DNA of 64,000 nucleotides from contig DAOVWI010000001.1 in NCBI GenBank assembly GCA_030636765.1, positions 3,951 through 67,950 on the forward strand, read 5' to 3'. This stretch comes from Gemmatimonadales bacterium. Its GTDB lineage: Bacteria; Gemmatimonadota; Gemmatimonadetes; Palauibacterales; Palauibacteraceae. The notes below the pieces were generated by a model, which was not told where the DNA came from, searched no databases, and saw only the letters and a list, made by a program, of their open reading frames with translations. Below, in pieces: positions 40,983 through 50,113 of the stretch; position 1 is the stretch's first letter, and each line of letters opens with the position of its first letter. The position numbers were made by a program, and so were the translations under genes.

Positions 40983-43312
40983 GGATCTCTCTCAATCCGG
41001 AACAGCAGGCGGCGGTCGAGCACGGGGATGGTCCTCTGCTCGTGCTCGCGGGGGCGGGCTCCGGGAAGACGCGCGTGCTCACCGCCCGGATCGCTCGGCT
41101 GCTGGAGACCGGGGTGCGGCCTCACCGGATCCTCGCCGTGACGTTCACGAACAAGGCCGCCGAGGTCATGCGGCATCGGATAGCCGGCCTGGTCGGACAC
41201 GAGCCCGCGGGGCTGTGGGCGGGCACGTTCCACTCCGTGTGCGCCCGGCTCCTGCGCCTCGAGGCCGACCGGACCGACCGTACCCGGTCGTTCACGATCT
41301 ACGACGAGAGCGATTCCGAACGCGCGGTGAAGCGTGCGATGGAAGAGGTCGACGTGGACCCGCGTCGCTGGGCCGCGGCTGCCCTGCGGGCCCGAATCTC
41401 CGATGCGAAGAACACTCTCGTGGGGCCGGATGATTACGCCGTTACCGCGTTCGATCCGCTCTCTCGCGTCACGGCCGAGGTGTATCCTGCGTACGAGCGA
41501 ACCCTGGCCAGCTGCAACGCCTACGACTTCGACGATCTGCTCGTTCGCGCCGTTCGCCTCCTCGAGGGGGATCCTCTCGTGTGCGAGAAGTACGGGGGAC
41601 GCTTCGCGTACATCCTCGTTGACGAGTACCAGGACACGAACCAGGCTCAGTACCGTCTCGTCCGTGCGCTCGCCAAGGTCCACGGCAACCTCTGCGTGGT
41701 CGGAGACGACGACCAGTCGATTTACGGATGGCGGGGAGCGGACATCCGCAACATCCTGGACTTCGAGCGGGACTTTCCGGGAACGACGGTCGTTCGTCTC
41801 GAGCAGAACTATCGCTCGACCGGATCCATTCTGGAGGTGGCCAACGCGATCATCGCCCGCAACCGGTCGAGGGTGGAGAAGCGGCTGCGCACGGACCGAC
41901 CCGACGGCCGTCGGGTGGTGGTTTCCGCGCTTCGAGATGAGCGGGCGGAGGCGGTGTGGACCATCCGTCGGATCGAGTCGCTCCGGGACAGCTACACGCT
42001 AGGAGATGTCGGCATCCTCTACCGGACGAACTCCCAGTCCCGCGCCTACGAGGATGCTCTGAGAGGGGCCCGATTGCCGTACCGCGTGGTGGGCGGCATT
42101 CGCTTCTACGAGCGCCGGGAGGTCAAGGACTTGCTTGCCTACCTCCGGCTCGTCGTCAACCCGGCCGACGACACAGCCTTCCTTCGGGCCGTGGGATGGC
42201 CTCGGCGTGGCGTGGGCGCCGTGTCCTTGGAACGGCTGGCGGCGGCCCGCTCGAGGGCCGCTCCCGGTACGGCGGCTGGCGGAAGCCTGCTCGCCGCAGC
42301 GGAGCGTGCGGACCAGGTGGAGGGTCTGTCGGGCGCGGCCGCGAAGGCCTTGAAAAGGTTCGCGGCAGGCATGGAGTCGCTTCGATCCCTTCTGCCGGAG
42401 GCCTCGGCCGTCGACGTGGCAGAGGAGTGCCTCCGGGCGTTCGGGCTTCGTAGCGCCCTCGAGGCCGAGGAGGACGGCGAGGACCGACTCGACATCGTGG
42501 ATGAGCTGATCGCCGGGATGGTCTCGTTTTCGGGGGAGCCGCTGGAGGAGGAGGCAGCGACGGAGGGTGGAGGTCTGGAGCTCTTTCTCCAACACGTGTC
42601 TCTCCTGAGCGATGTCGACGAGTACGATCCCGAGGAAGGTGTCGTCTCGCTGATGACGCTCCACAACGCTAAGGGCATGGAGTTTCCCGTGGTCTTCGTC
42701 GGCGGCGTGGAGGAGGGTCTCTTGCCGTTGGGCCGCTCCGCCGAGACTGCCGAGGGAGTAGAGGAAGAACGGCGCCTGTTCTACGTGGGCCTCACGCGCG
42801 CGATGGACCGGCTGTTGGTCACACACGTTGCCCGGCGATGGAGGGCCGGAAGCTCGATGCCGTGCGCTCCGTCCAGCTTCCTGGAGGACCTGCCGGAGCA
42901 TGCCGTCGAGCGCCGGATGTCCGGGACGACGGTGGGACGTCCGGGGCGACGGGGCTCCTCGAGTTTTCGCTCGTCGCCGCGTGCGACCTGGGCGACCGGG
43001 GCAGGTTGGTCCGGTGGTCTCGACGCGACGGCGGACGGCGGAGACTTCGGCTGGCGTTACGATCCCTCGATGGGGAGGATCGACAGCTCCGCGGCGGGAG
43101 CCGATACCGAGCCCGTCTACGACTACTCGGAGAGCCAGGAGCCCTTCGAGCTCACGGTAGGCGGCCGCATCGTCCACCCGCGCTTCGGCCACGGAACCGT
43201 AGTCACGCTGAGCGGTGACGGCATGGGCGCCAAGGCTCGCATCGACTTCGACGGGGGTGGGGTGAAGACGCTGCTGGTGGCTCACGCCGGCCTGCGTCCA
43301 GCGCCGGGGTAG
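40979..43312 (+). CDS. pcrA: ATP-dependent DNA helicase PcrA/UvrD
   Basis: Walker A AGAGSGKTRVLT, motifs VDEYQDTNQAQY and TLHNAKGMEFPVVFV, C-terminal Tudor-like tail; GTG overlaps the histidine kinase stop. Confidence 0.9.
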   Translation: MRISLNPEQQAAVEHGDGPLLVLAGAGSGKTRVLTARIARLLETGVRPHRILAVTFTNKAAEVMRHRIAGLVGHEPAGLWAGTFHSVCARLLRLEADRTDRTRSFTIYDESDSERAVKRAMEEVDVDPRRWAAAALRARISDAKNTLVGPDDYAVTAFDPLSRVTAEVYPAYERTLASCNAYDFDDLLVRAVRLLEGDPLVCEKYGGRFAYILVDEYQDTNQAQYRLVRALAKVHGNLCVVGDDDQSIYGWRGADIRNILDFERDFPGTTVVRLEQNYRSTGSILEVANAIIARNRSRVEKRLRTDRPDGRRVVVSALRDERAEAVWTIRRIESLRDSYTLGDVGILYRTNSQSRAYEDALRGARLPYRVVGGIRFYERREVKDLLAYLRLVVNPADDTAFLRAVGWPRRGVGAVSLERLAAARSRAAPGTAAGGSLLAAAERADQVEGLSGAAAKALKRFAAGMESLRSLLPEASAVDVAEECLRAFGLRSALEAEEDGEDRLDIVDELIAGMVSFSGEPLEEEAATEGGGLELFLQHVSLLSDVDEYDPEEGVVSLMTLHNAKGMEFPVVFVGGVEEGLLPLGRSAETAEGVEEERRLFYVGLTRAMDRLLVTHVARRWRAGSSMPCAPSSFLEDLPEHAVERRMSGTTVGRPGRRGSSSFRSSPRATWATGAGWSGGLDATADGGDFGWRYDPSMGRIDSSAAGADTEPVYDYSESQEPFELTVGGRIVHPRFGHGTVVTLSGDGMGAKARIDFDGGGVKTLLVAHAGLRPAPG

Positions 43313-43314
43313 CC

Positions 43315-43683
43315 GTGAGCCCAGGACGGCGGCGGAAGGATGACGCTGGGCGCGTCGATCCCGAGGAGCTTCGGCACCTCGCCGACCTTGCTGGCCTGGA
43401 ATTGCCGGAAGCGGAGATCGGGCGCCTGGCCGCCGAATTGGGGGTCGTTCTCGGAGACTTCGCACGGATCGAGGCTCTTCAGGCGTCCGCTGAGGCTCTG
43501 CACCGGCCCGCTGAGCCCTCCCCCGGTGACCGCGGCCTCGAGCCGCGCCTGCGCCCCGATGCGGTCGCCCCGGATTCCCTCAGCGGACCCCTGTCGGGCA
43601 TCGCTCCCGACTGGCGGAATGGCTTCTTCGTAGTGCCCCGGTGCCGGGTCTTCGGCGAACGGGCAGGGCAGGGTGACGAGTGA
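43315..43683 (+). CDS. gatC: Asp/Glu-tRNA amidotransferase subunit C (with N-terminal extension)
   Basis: VDPEELRHLADLAGLELPEAEI resembles the GatC N-terminus; followed directly by gatA. Confidence 0.8.
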   Translation: MSPGRRRKDDAGRVDPEELRHLADLAGLELPEAEIGRLAAELGVVLGDFARIEALQASAEALHRPAEPSPGDRGLEPRLRPDAVAPDSLSGPLSGIAPDWRNGFFVVPRCRVFGERAGQGDE

Positions 43684-45128
43684 CCGATCCGCTCTGCTCG
43701 CTGCGCGCGGCGCATGAGTTCGCCGGCCAGGCTCCCGAGGTGGGGGGGCAGCTCCTGGAGCTGGCGCTCGAGCGCGCCCGAAACCAGGAGAGTGGACGTC
43801 GTCCCATCCACGCCTTCCTGAGCCTCGCGGAGCCGCCGCCCGACGCCTGGCGTGCTGCCTCCAGGTCTCCAGCGGGCTCTCCCCTGGCAGGGATTCCCGT
43901 CGCCGTCAAGGACAACATCTGCACACTTGGACTGCCGACCACGTGCGGCTCCCGGATTCTGGAGGCCTATGTGTCGCCCTTCGCGGCTACGGCTGTGCGG
44001 CGGCTTGAGCGAGCCGGTGCCTGGATTGTCGGTAAGACGAACCTGGACGAATTCGCTATGGGCTCGTCCACCGAGACGAGCGCGTACGGTCCGACACGCA
44101 ACCCGGTAGATCTGGATCGCGTTCCGGGCGGCAGCTCGGGTGGCTCGGCGGCCGCTGTGGCCGCGGGTGTCGTCCCGGTCGCCCTCGGTTCGTCCACGGG
44201 CGGTTCGGTACGGCAGCCGGCGGCTATGTGTGGTGTGGTCGGCGTAAAGCCGACCTACGGTCGCGTGAGCCGCTACGGTCTGGTCGCGTTCGCGTCCAGC
44301 TTGGATCACATAGGCGTGTTCGCCCGGTCCGTGCGGGATGCCGCCCACGTGCTGGAGGCGATCGCCGGCTGCGACGAACATGACGCCACGAGCGGCCGGC
44401 AGGAGGTTCCTCGGGCGGCCGCGCTCGACGACGTTGATCTGAGTGGAGCGGTGATCGGTGTGCCGGGCGAGTACCTCGGGGCAGGTCTCGATGGCCGAAG
44501 TCGTCGCCTCTTCAAGCGAGCCGTCGAGACGGCGGAGCGAGGGGGCGCCAGGGTGGTTCCTATCTCCCTTCCGACCACGAGCGCCGCCATCGCCTGCTAC
44601 TACGTGGTCGCGCCGGCGGAGGCATCGGCCAACCTCGCGCGCTACGACGGAAGTCGCTACGGCCTGCGCAGCTCAGGTGCGGTGGCCTACTCGGAGGCGG
44701 TACGGCGCACCCGAGGCGAGGGGTTCGGCGATGAGGTGAGGCGGAGGATTCTCCTGGGCACGTACGTGCTGTCGGCTGGTTACAGTGAGGCGTACTACCG
44801 GCGGGCGCGCGACATGCGCGGCGCGATCCTCGAGGATTTCGGGCGCGCCTTCGCCCGGGTCGATGCCGTCTTCGCTCCCACCACCCCGACACACGCGTTT
44901 CGATTCGGCGAGAAGGCGGATCCGTATGACATGTACCGGTCCGACGTATACACGGTGGCCGCGAACCTCGCCGGGATCCCGGCGGTCTCTATACCGATCG
45001 GCAATGTGGATGGCCTTCCGGTCGGAGCGCAGCTTATGTGCGGTCGGTGGAGGGAGGAGCAGATGCTTGGGATCGCCGCGGCGCTCGAGGAGCTTCTCGA
45101 GTACCGTCACCCTCTGACACGTCGCTGA
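43680..45128 (+). CDS. gatA: Glutamyl-tRNA(Gln) amidotransferase subunit A
   Basis: Amidase signature GGSSGGSAAAVAAG plus catalytic Ser-cisSer-Lys region. Confidence 0.95.
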   Translation: MTDPLCSLRAAHEFAGQAPEVGGQLLELALERARNQESGRRPIHAFLSLAEPPPDAWRAASRSPAGSPLAGIPVAVKDNICTLGLPTTCGSRILEAYVSPFAATAVRRLERAGAWIVGKTNLDEFAMGSSTETSAYGPTRNPVDLDRVPGGSSGGSAAAVAAGVVPVALGSSTGGSVRQPAAMCGVVGVKPTYGRVSRYGLVAFASSLDHIGVFARSVRDAAHVLEAIAGCDEHDATSGRQEVPRAAALDDVDLSGAVIGVPGEYLGAGLDGRSRRLFKRAVETAERGGARVVPISLPTTSAAIACYYVVAPAEASANLARYDGSRYGLRSSGAVAYSEAVRRTRGEGFGDEVRRRILLGTYVLSAGYSEAYYRRARDMRGAILEDFGRAFARVDAVFAPTTPTHAFRFGEKADPYDMYRSDVYTVAANLAGIPAVSIPIGNVDGLPVGAQLMCGRWREEQMLGIAAALEELLEYRHPLTRR

Positions 45129-45188
45129 GACACCCTGGTGGGTCGCGCGAGACAGTCGCTTTCGCACCTGTTACCGTCTCGTGAGCCG
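45121..45188. repeat. Repeat-element remnant, copy 3 (left TIR plus ~40 nt of the copy-2-type insert)
   Basis: GTCGCTGAgacACCCTGGTGGGTCGCGCG followed by agacagtcgctttcgcacctgttaccgtctcgtgag, which matches the copy-2 segment gacagtcgctgtcgcgcctgttaccgtcttgtgag. The gatA stop TGA lies inside the TIR. Confidence 0.75.
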
Positions 45189-45193
45189 CAGCC

Positions 45194-46663
45194 GTGAACG
45201 GGCTCGAAACCGTCATCGGACTCGAGGTCCACGTACAGCTGCGGACGGTGTCGAAGATGTTCTGCGGATGCGCGGTGCGATTCGGCGCGCCGCCCAATTC
45301 GCTTGTATGTCCGGTGTGTCTGGGACTTCCCGGCGCGCTCCCGGTGGCGAACGAGGAGGCCGTGAGGCTCGCCGTGCGCGCGGCCCATGTGCTGGGATGC
45401 ACCGTGAACGCGACGTCGGAATTCGTCCGCAAGCAGTACTTCTATCCAGATCTTCCGAAGGGGTATCAGATCACCCAGCGTGCCGATCCCCTTGCACGAG
45501 GCGGTGCGATCGACCTGCCGTCCACGCGGGGTGGGCACCGCGTCCGGCTGCATGGGCTCCACCTCGAGGAGGACGCCGGGAAGTCGATTCATGACCGGTT
45601 CGAGGGTGCGACGGCCGTCGACCTGAACCGCGCCGGCGTTCCCCTCATCGAGATCGTTACCGAGCCCGATCTGCGCTCGCCGGAGGAGGCACGATTCGCT
45701 CTCTCCAGACTAAAGCAGCTCCTCGAGCACTACGCGAAGGTGAGCCACTGCAACATGGAGGAGGGAAGCCTCCGGGTGGACGCCAACGTCTCCGTACGAC
45801 CGGCCGGAGCAGGAAATCTCGGCACCCGGGTGGAGATCAAGAACCTGAACTCTTTCGGCAGCGTACAGCGCGCCCTCGCCTTCGAGGGACGGCGGATGAC
45901 GCAGCGGCTGGCGGCCGGCCGGCCGGTCGAAGCGGAGACGCGCCTCTACGATGCTGCCCAGGGGAGAACGCGGACCCTGCGTGGCAAGGAGGAGGAGCGC
46001 GACTACCGTTACTTTCCGGAGCCCGATCTCCCGCTGGTCGAGCTGTCAGCGTCGGAGGTGGAGGGGTTCCGCCGCGGGCTCCCGGCGAGCCCGCGGGAGA
46101 TCGAAGAGAGGCTCGTCAGGCAGTTCGGGTTTAGCGAGGATCGGGCGTGCCAGATCGCGGCGACCCCGGAACGGGCCGAGTACCTGGATGCGGCCGTGGG
46201 TGCTCGCGATTCGAGGTTCGCCGTGATCGCCGCGAACATGATCATCGGAGAGGTGGCGGCGGTCCTGAACCGTCGCGGTGGCGGGTCGGAGGCGGACGTC
46301 GTGGAGTCGGCGGAACTCGCCCGGCTCGTCGAGCTTCGGCTGCAGGGAGCGCTGAGCTCCCGCACGGCGGCGCTGGCCCTGCGGCTGCTCTTCGAGCAGG
46401 CCGCTCGCGGGGGCCGACGGCTCGACGTCGATGAGCTCGTGCGGCGGCGCCAGCTGTCACAGGTGGAGGACGCGGGCCGGCTTTCGGAGTGGGTCGACCG
46501 GGTTCTGGGAGGGTCTCCGGAGGAAGTTCGGAGATACCGGTCCGGCGACCGGAAGCTGCTTGGCTACTTCATGGGAGAGGTGATGCGGGCGTCCAGCGGG
46601 CGGGCCGATCCCGAGGCGGTCCGGCGGCGGCTCGAACGTGCCCTCGAGGAGAGGGAGGGTTAG
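45194..46663 (+). CDS. gatB: Aspartyl/glutamyl-tRNA amidotransferase subunit B
   Basis: VIGLEVHVQL..., CPVCLGLPGALPV... and C-terminal YqeY-like domain; GTG start. Confidence 0.95.
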   Translation: MNGLETVIGLEVHVQLRTVSKMFCGCAVRFGAPPNSLVCPVCLGLPGALPVANEEAVRLAVRAAHVLGCTVNATSEFVRKQYFYPDLPKGYQITQRADPLARGGAIDLPSTRGGHRVRLHGLHLEEDAGKSIHDRFEGATAVDLNRAGVPLIEIVTEPDLRSPEEARFALSRLKQLLEHYAKVSHCNMEEGSLRVDANVSVRPAGAGNLGTRVEIKNLNSFGSVQRALAFEGRRMTQRLAAGRPVEAETRLYDAAQGRTRTLRGKEEERDYRYFPEPDLPLVELSASEVEGFRRGLPASPREIEERLVRQFGFSEDRACQIAATPERAEYLDAAVGARDSRFAVIAANMIIGEVAAVLNRRGGGSEADVVESAELARLVELRLQGALSSRTAALALRLLFEQAARGGRRLDVDELVRRRQLSQVEDAGRLSEWVDRVLGGSPEEVRRYRSGDRKLLGYFMGEVMRASSGRADPEAVRRRLERALEEREG

Positions 46664-46681
46664 AGGGAGGGTTGAGGTGGG

Positions 46682-47137
46682 TCAGCCCAGCCGGCGTCGC
46701 TTGGACGATTCCTCCTCGCTTTTCTCGCCTCTGGGGCGCCGGAGCCGCACGCCGCGGAGTAGGGAAGCCGTGTTCAGGAAGGTCGTCTCCGCCTCTTCCT
46801 GAACCACATCCAGGAACCCGTGAACCTCCGCTGCCCGCTCGCGCGTCGCGTCGATGATCTGGTTGGCCGAGTCCGTGGCGTTGCGGATCGTGCGACCCAC
46901 CTCGTCGGCGTCGCTGCGGAAGGCGGCTGTGAGGTAGTTGATGTTGTCGGCGGCCTTCGTCAGGGTCTCGGCGCCCGGCTTCAGCGCTCGCGCCACCTCG
47001 CCGAGCTCCGCGGAACCCTTGAGCCATCTGTTCAGCTCGCGCAGCGCCGGAACCGCCACCAGCACCACGGTGATCAGGCAGAGGCCGACCAAGATCCAGA
47101 GAACGAGGCCGATCGTCTGCAGAGTTTGGAAGCTCAC
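46682..47137 (-). CDS. DUF948-like membrane-anchored protein
   Basis: N-terminal TM ([21 protein letters not shown]) followed by a helical region. Confidence 0.7.
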   Translation of the reverse strand: MSFQTLQTIGLVLWILVGLCLITVVLVAVPALRELNRWLKGSAELGEVARALKPGAETLTKAADNINYLTAAFRSDADEVGRTIRNATDSANQIIDATRERAAEVHGFLDVVQEEAETTFLNTASLLRGVRLRRPRGEKSEEESSKRRRLG

Positions 47138-47268
47138 CGGTACACTCTCAGCGAAGGTGGGAAGGTCGCGGCTCCCGCTTGGCCGCTGGAACGAATCTAG
47201 GGGCGCTCCGAGCCCGCCTCAACCCGGGCCTCGTTGCCGGTCGGAGCGGTGAAACTTTAGGTTTCCCC

Positions 47269-48549
47269 ATGAGCTACTTCCGCATCCAGGGTCGGTCCGG
47301 GCTTGCGGGGACGTTTACGCCCTCCGGCAACAAGAACGCGGCGCTGCCGATCCTGGCCGGCTGCCTGCTTACCGATCAGCCCGTTCGCCTCTCGAACGTG
47401 CCGGACATCGTGGACGTCCGAACGATGGCCGAGCTCTTGGCCTCGCTGGGGGTGGAGGTCCGTTGGGAGGGATCGAACGAGCTCGCCGTGCACGCCCGGG
47501 AGCTGACGGAGCACCGGGTGGACGAGCAGCTCGCGTCCCGCATCCGGGCCTCCGTCCTCCTTGCAGGGCCGCTGCTGGCCCGATTGGGCGAGATCGAGCT
47601 TCCGCCGCCCGGCGGGGACGTGATCGGCCGTCGTCGTTTGGACACGCACTTTCTGGCGTTGCAGAGCCTCGGCGCCGAGATCGAGTCGAACGGATCGTAC
47701 TATCTGAGATCGAAGGGGCTCGGGGGGGTCGAGCTCTTTCTGGATGAGCCCTCGGTCACCGGGACCGAAAACGCCATCCTCGCCGCGGTAACCGCGGAGG
47801 GGACCACCCGACTCCGAAACGCCGCCGCCGAGCCGCACGTCCAGGACCTCTGCCGGTTTCTCGTGACACTCGGTGCCCGGATCTCCGGGATCGGCACGCA
47901 CGTTCTGGAGATCGAGGGTGTGGAGACGCTGGGAGGCGGCGAGTACCGGATCGGACCCGATCATGTGGAAGCGGGCAGCGTGATCGGACTGGCTGCCGCC
48001 ACCGGCTCGGCCCTGACGGTGCAGGATGTCAGCCTCGAGGTTCAGGACACACTGAGCGTGGGCTTCGCTCGCCTCGGCCTGGAGTGGGAGCCGGTCGAAG
48101 GGGGGATCCATGTGCCGGCCGAACAGTCGCTGGAGATCGAGGCCGACTTCGGGGCTCAGATCCCGAAGATCGCCGACGGGCCCTGGCCGGCTTTCCCGGC
48201 CGATTTGATCAGCATTGCGCTCGTCCTGGCCACCCAGTGCAGGGGGACGGTGCTGATTCACGAGAAGATGTTCGAGTCGCGCATGTTCTTCGTGGATAAG
48301 GTGATATCGATGGGTGGCCGGATCGTGCTGTGCGATCCGCACCGTGCCGTAGTGGTGGGGCCGGCGCGGCTACGGGGCGCCAGGCTGCAGAGCCCGGACA
48401 TCCGGGCGGGCATGGCCCTGCTGATCGCGGCGCTCGCGGCGGACGGGGAGAGCGAGATTCACAATATCGAGCAGATCGAGCGGGGGTACGAGCGGATCGA
48501 CGAGAGGTTGCGAGCTCTCGGTGCCGAGATCGAACGGGTGTCGGAGTGA
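47269..48549 (+). CDS. murA: UDP-N-acetylglucosamine 1-carboxyvinyltransferase
   Basis: EPSP-synthase fold with [13 protein letters not shown] near the N-terminus; real portion of track ORF 47179..48549. Confidence 0.95.
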   Translation: MSYFRIQGRSGLAGTFTPSGNKNAALPILAGCLLTDQPVRLSNVPDIVDVRTMAELLASLGVEVRWEGSNELAVHARELTEHRVDEQLASRIRASVLLAGPLLARLGEIELPPPGGDVIGRRRLDTHFLALQSLGAEIESNGSYYLRSKGLGGVELFLDEPSVTGTENAILAAVTAEGTTRLRNAAAEPHVQDLCRFLVTLGARISGIGTHVLEIEGVETLGGGEYRIGPDHVEAGSVIGLAAATGSALTVQDVSLEVQDTLSVGFARLGLEWEPVEGGIHVPAEQSLEIEADFGAQIPKIADGPWPAFPADLISIALVLATQCRGTVLIHEKMFESRMFFVDKVISMGGRIVLCDPHRAVVVGPARLRGARLQSPDIRAGMALLIAALAADGESEIHNIEQIERGYERIDERLRALGAEIERVSE

Positions 48550-48574
48550 CTGGGATCGGGCCGGCGCCCATCTC

Positions 48575-49351
48575 ATGATCGGGCCCACGCCCATCTCTCT
48601 AGTCCTCGAGTCGGAGCGGCGGACGGCCGGAGAGCCGTTCCCCGTGTATCTGCTCGAGAGCTGGGGGACGGAGTTTCCCGGCGTCGTGGCCGGAGTCACC
48701 GAGGCGGCTCCCGGCGCCGACTTCTCCGACGCCCGGACGGAGACCTGGTCCTTCCACGGGCGCCTCGAGCAGCTAGCGGCCCAGCTCGGCTTTCAGTCGG
48801 TGGCGTGGACTAGGCAGGTCCACGGCGGCGAGGTTCGGCCGGTCGATCCGTCGGCCGTGGGCCTGTTCTGTCCGGGCGAGGGGGACGGTCTCTACCTATG
48901 CCGCCGGGGCATCCTTCTCCTCGTCATGGTGGCCGATTGCGTGCCGGTCTACCTGCTCGATTCGGAGGGGGACGGTAGGGCGCTCCTCCACGCGGGGTGG
49001 CGGGGGGCCTCGACGGGCATACTGGCGCGAGGCATTGCGGCGTTGGGGGAGGCGTACGGAACCAGCCCCCGCGAGCTGAGAGTGCATCTTGGCCCTGCGA
49101 TCTGTGGCGAGTGCTACGAAGTCGGAGGAGAGGTGCTCCAGGCGTTTGGCCACGCAAGGCAACCGGGTGGGAAGGTGGATCTGCGAGAGGAGCTTGCCGG
49201 GCAGGCTTTGTCGCTAGGGGTGCCGGCCGACGCGGTGACGCGGTCCTCCTGGTGCACCCGCTGTCACCGGGACCGTTTTCACTCGCACCGGGGTAGTCAG
49301 GGTTCGGCGGGTCGGATGGCTGCTTTCTTGGGCTCGCGAGAGGCGAACTGA
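48575..49351 (+). CDS. pgeF: Peptidoglycan editing factor PgeF (YfiH/DUF152 laccase-domain protein)
   Basis: QVHGGEV ... ADCVPVYL ... HAGWRG ... CTRCH motifs. Confidence 0.85.
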   Translation: MIGPTPISLVLESERRTAGEPFPVYLLESWGTEFPGVVAGVTEAAPGADFSDARTETWSFHGRLEQLAAQLGFQSVAWTRQVHGGEVRPVDPSAVGLFCPGEGDGLYLCRRGILLLVMVADCVPVYLLDSEGDGRALLHAGWRGASTGILARGIAALGEAYGTSPRELRVHLGPAICGECYEVGGEVLQAFGHARQPGGKVDLREELAGQALSLGVPADAVTRSSWCTRCHRDRFHSHRGSQGSAGRMAAFLGSREAN

Positions 49352-49522
49352 GCGTTTTTTCGCTGTGGGCTGAGCGGTTTTGCCGCTGTTGGAGGCGACG
49401 TAGAGCCCCGTCGGAGACGAGGAGATCTGGTTGCCGTAGCAACGGCTGACCGTTAGTCTATCGGGGACAGAGGACGGGCTGGCGGTCTGCCGGCCTGCTC
49501 GCGGTCATCAGACCGTGTTTGA

Positions 49523-49557
49523 AGTGGGGAAGCAGTACCGGCCCCACTTTTTTGTTT
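49523..49557 (+). terminator. Rho-independent terminator-like hairpin
   Basis: AGTGGGG-aagcagtaccgg-CCCCACT followed by TTTTTTGTTT. Confidence 0.7.
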
Positions 49558-49596
49558 GGGGTACTGTAGTTGAAGGAGGTTCGGGACGAGGTCCGG

Positions 49597-50088
49597 ATGG
49601 GCAGAATCGAGCAGGACGTCGAGCGCCTGGTGGAGGATCTCGGCTTCGAGCTGATCAGCTTCGAGCGGGCGGGTGGAAGAAGGCGCCCTCTCGTGAGGGT
49701 CCGGATCGACGTGCCCGGTGGGTCTCCGGGTCGCTCGGCCCTAACGGTAGAGGACTGCGTTCGGGTCAGCCGTCAGCTGGAGCGGTATCTGGAAGAGCGT
49801 TCAGAGCTGCCGGACCGGAGCATCGTGGAGGTGTCATCGCCGGGTGTCGAGAGACCGCTCGTGCGCCGGGCGGACTACGCACGGTTCGCCGGAAAGCGGG
49901 TGTTCGTTCAGGGCTACGCCCCGGTGGTGGGGCAGCTTCGCAGCGTCGAGGGCGTTCTGTTGGGCCTGGCGGAGGACGACCGGGATCAGGTGGAGATGGA
50001 GGTCGCCGGCGAACGGGTGCGTATCCCCGTGGCCGCGATCGCGAAGGCCAACCTGGTTCACGACTGGGAGGCGGACTTAAGGGGCTGA
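49597..50088 (+). CDS. rimP: Ribosome maturation factor RimP
   Basis: Immediately upstream of nusA; family-like sequence (VEDLGFELISFE...RSIVEVSSPGVERPL); ATG within track ORF 49570..50088. Confidence 0.85.
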   Translation: MGRIEQDVERLVEDLGFELISFERAGGRRRPLVRVRIDVPGGSPGRSALTVEDCVRVSRQLERYLEERSELPDRSIVEVSSPGVERPLVRRADYARFAGKRVFVQGYAPVVGQLRSVEGVLLGLAEDDRDQVEMEVAGERVRIPVAAIAKANLVHDWEADLRG

Positions 50089-50113
50089 CGACCGCGAGGG
50101 AATCGGATCGAGT

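Noticed and set aside
49523-49545. GGAAGCAG motif resembling SRP (4.5S) RNA domain IV
   Set aside because: Only an 8-nt coincidence; the surrounding sequence lacks the conserved symmetric-loop and GNRA tetraloop context of SRP RNA, and the hairpin is better explained as an intrinsic terminator.
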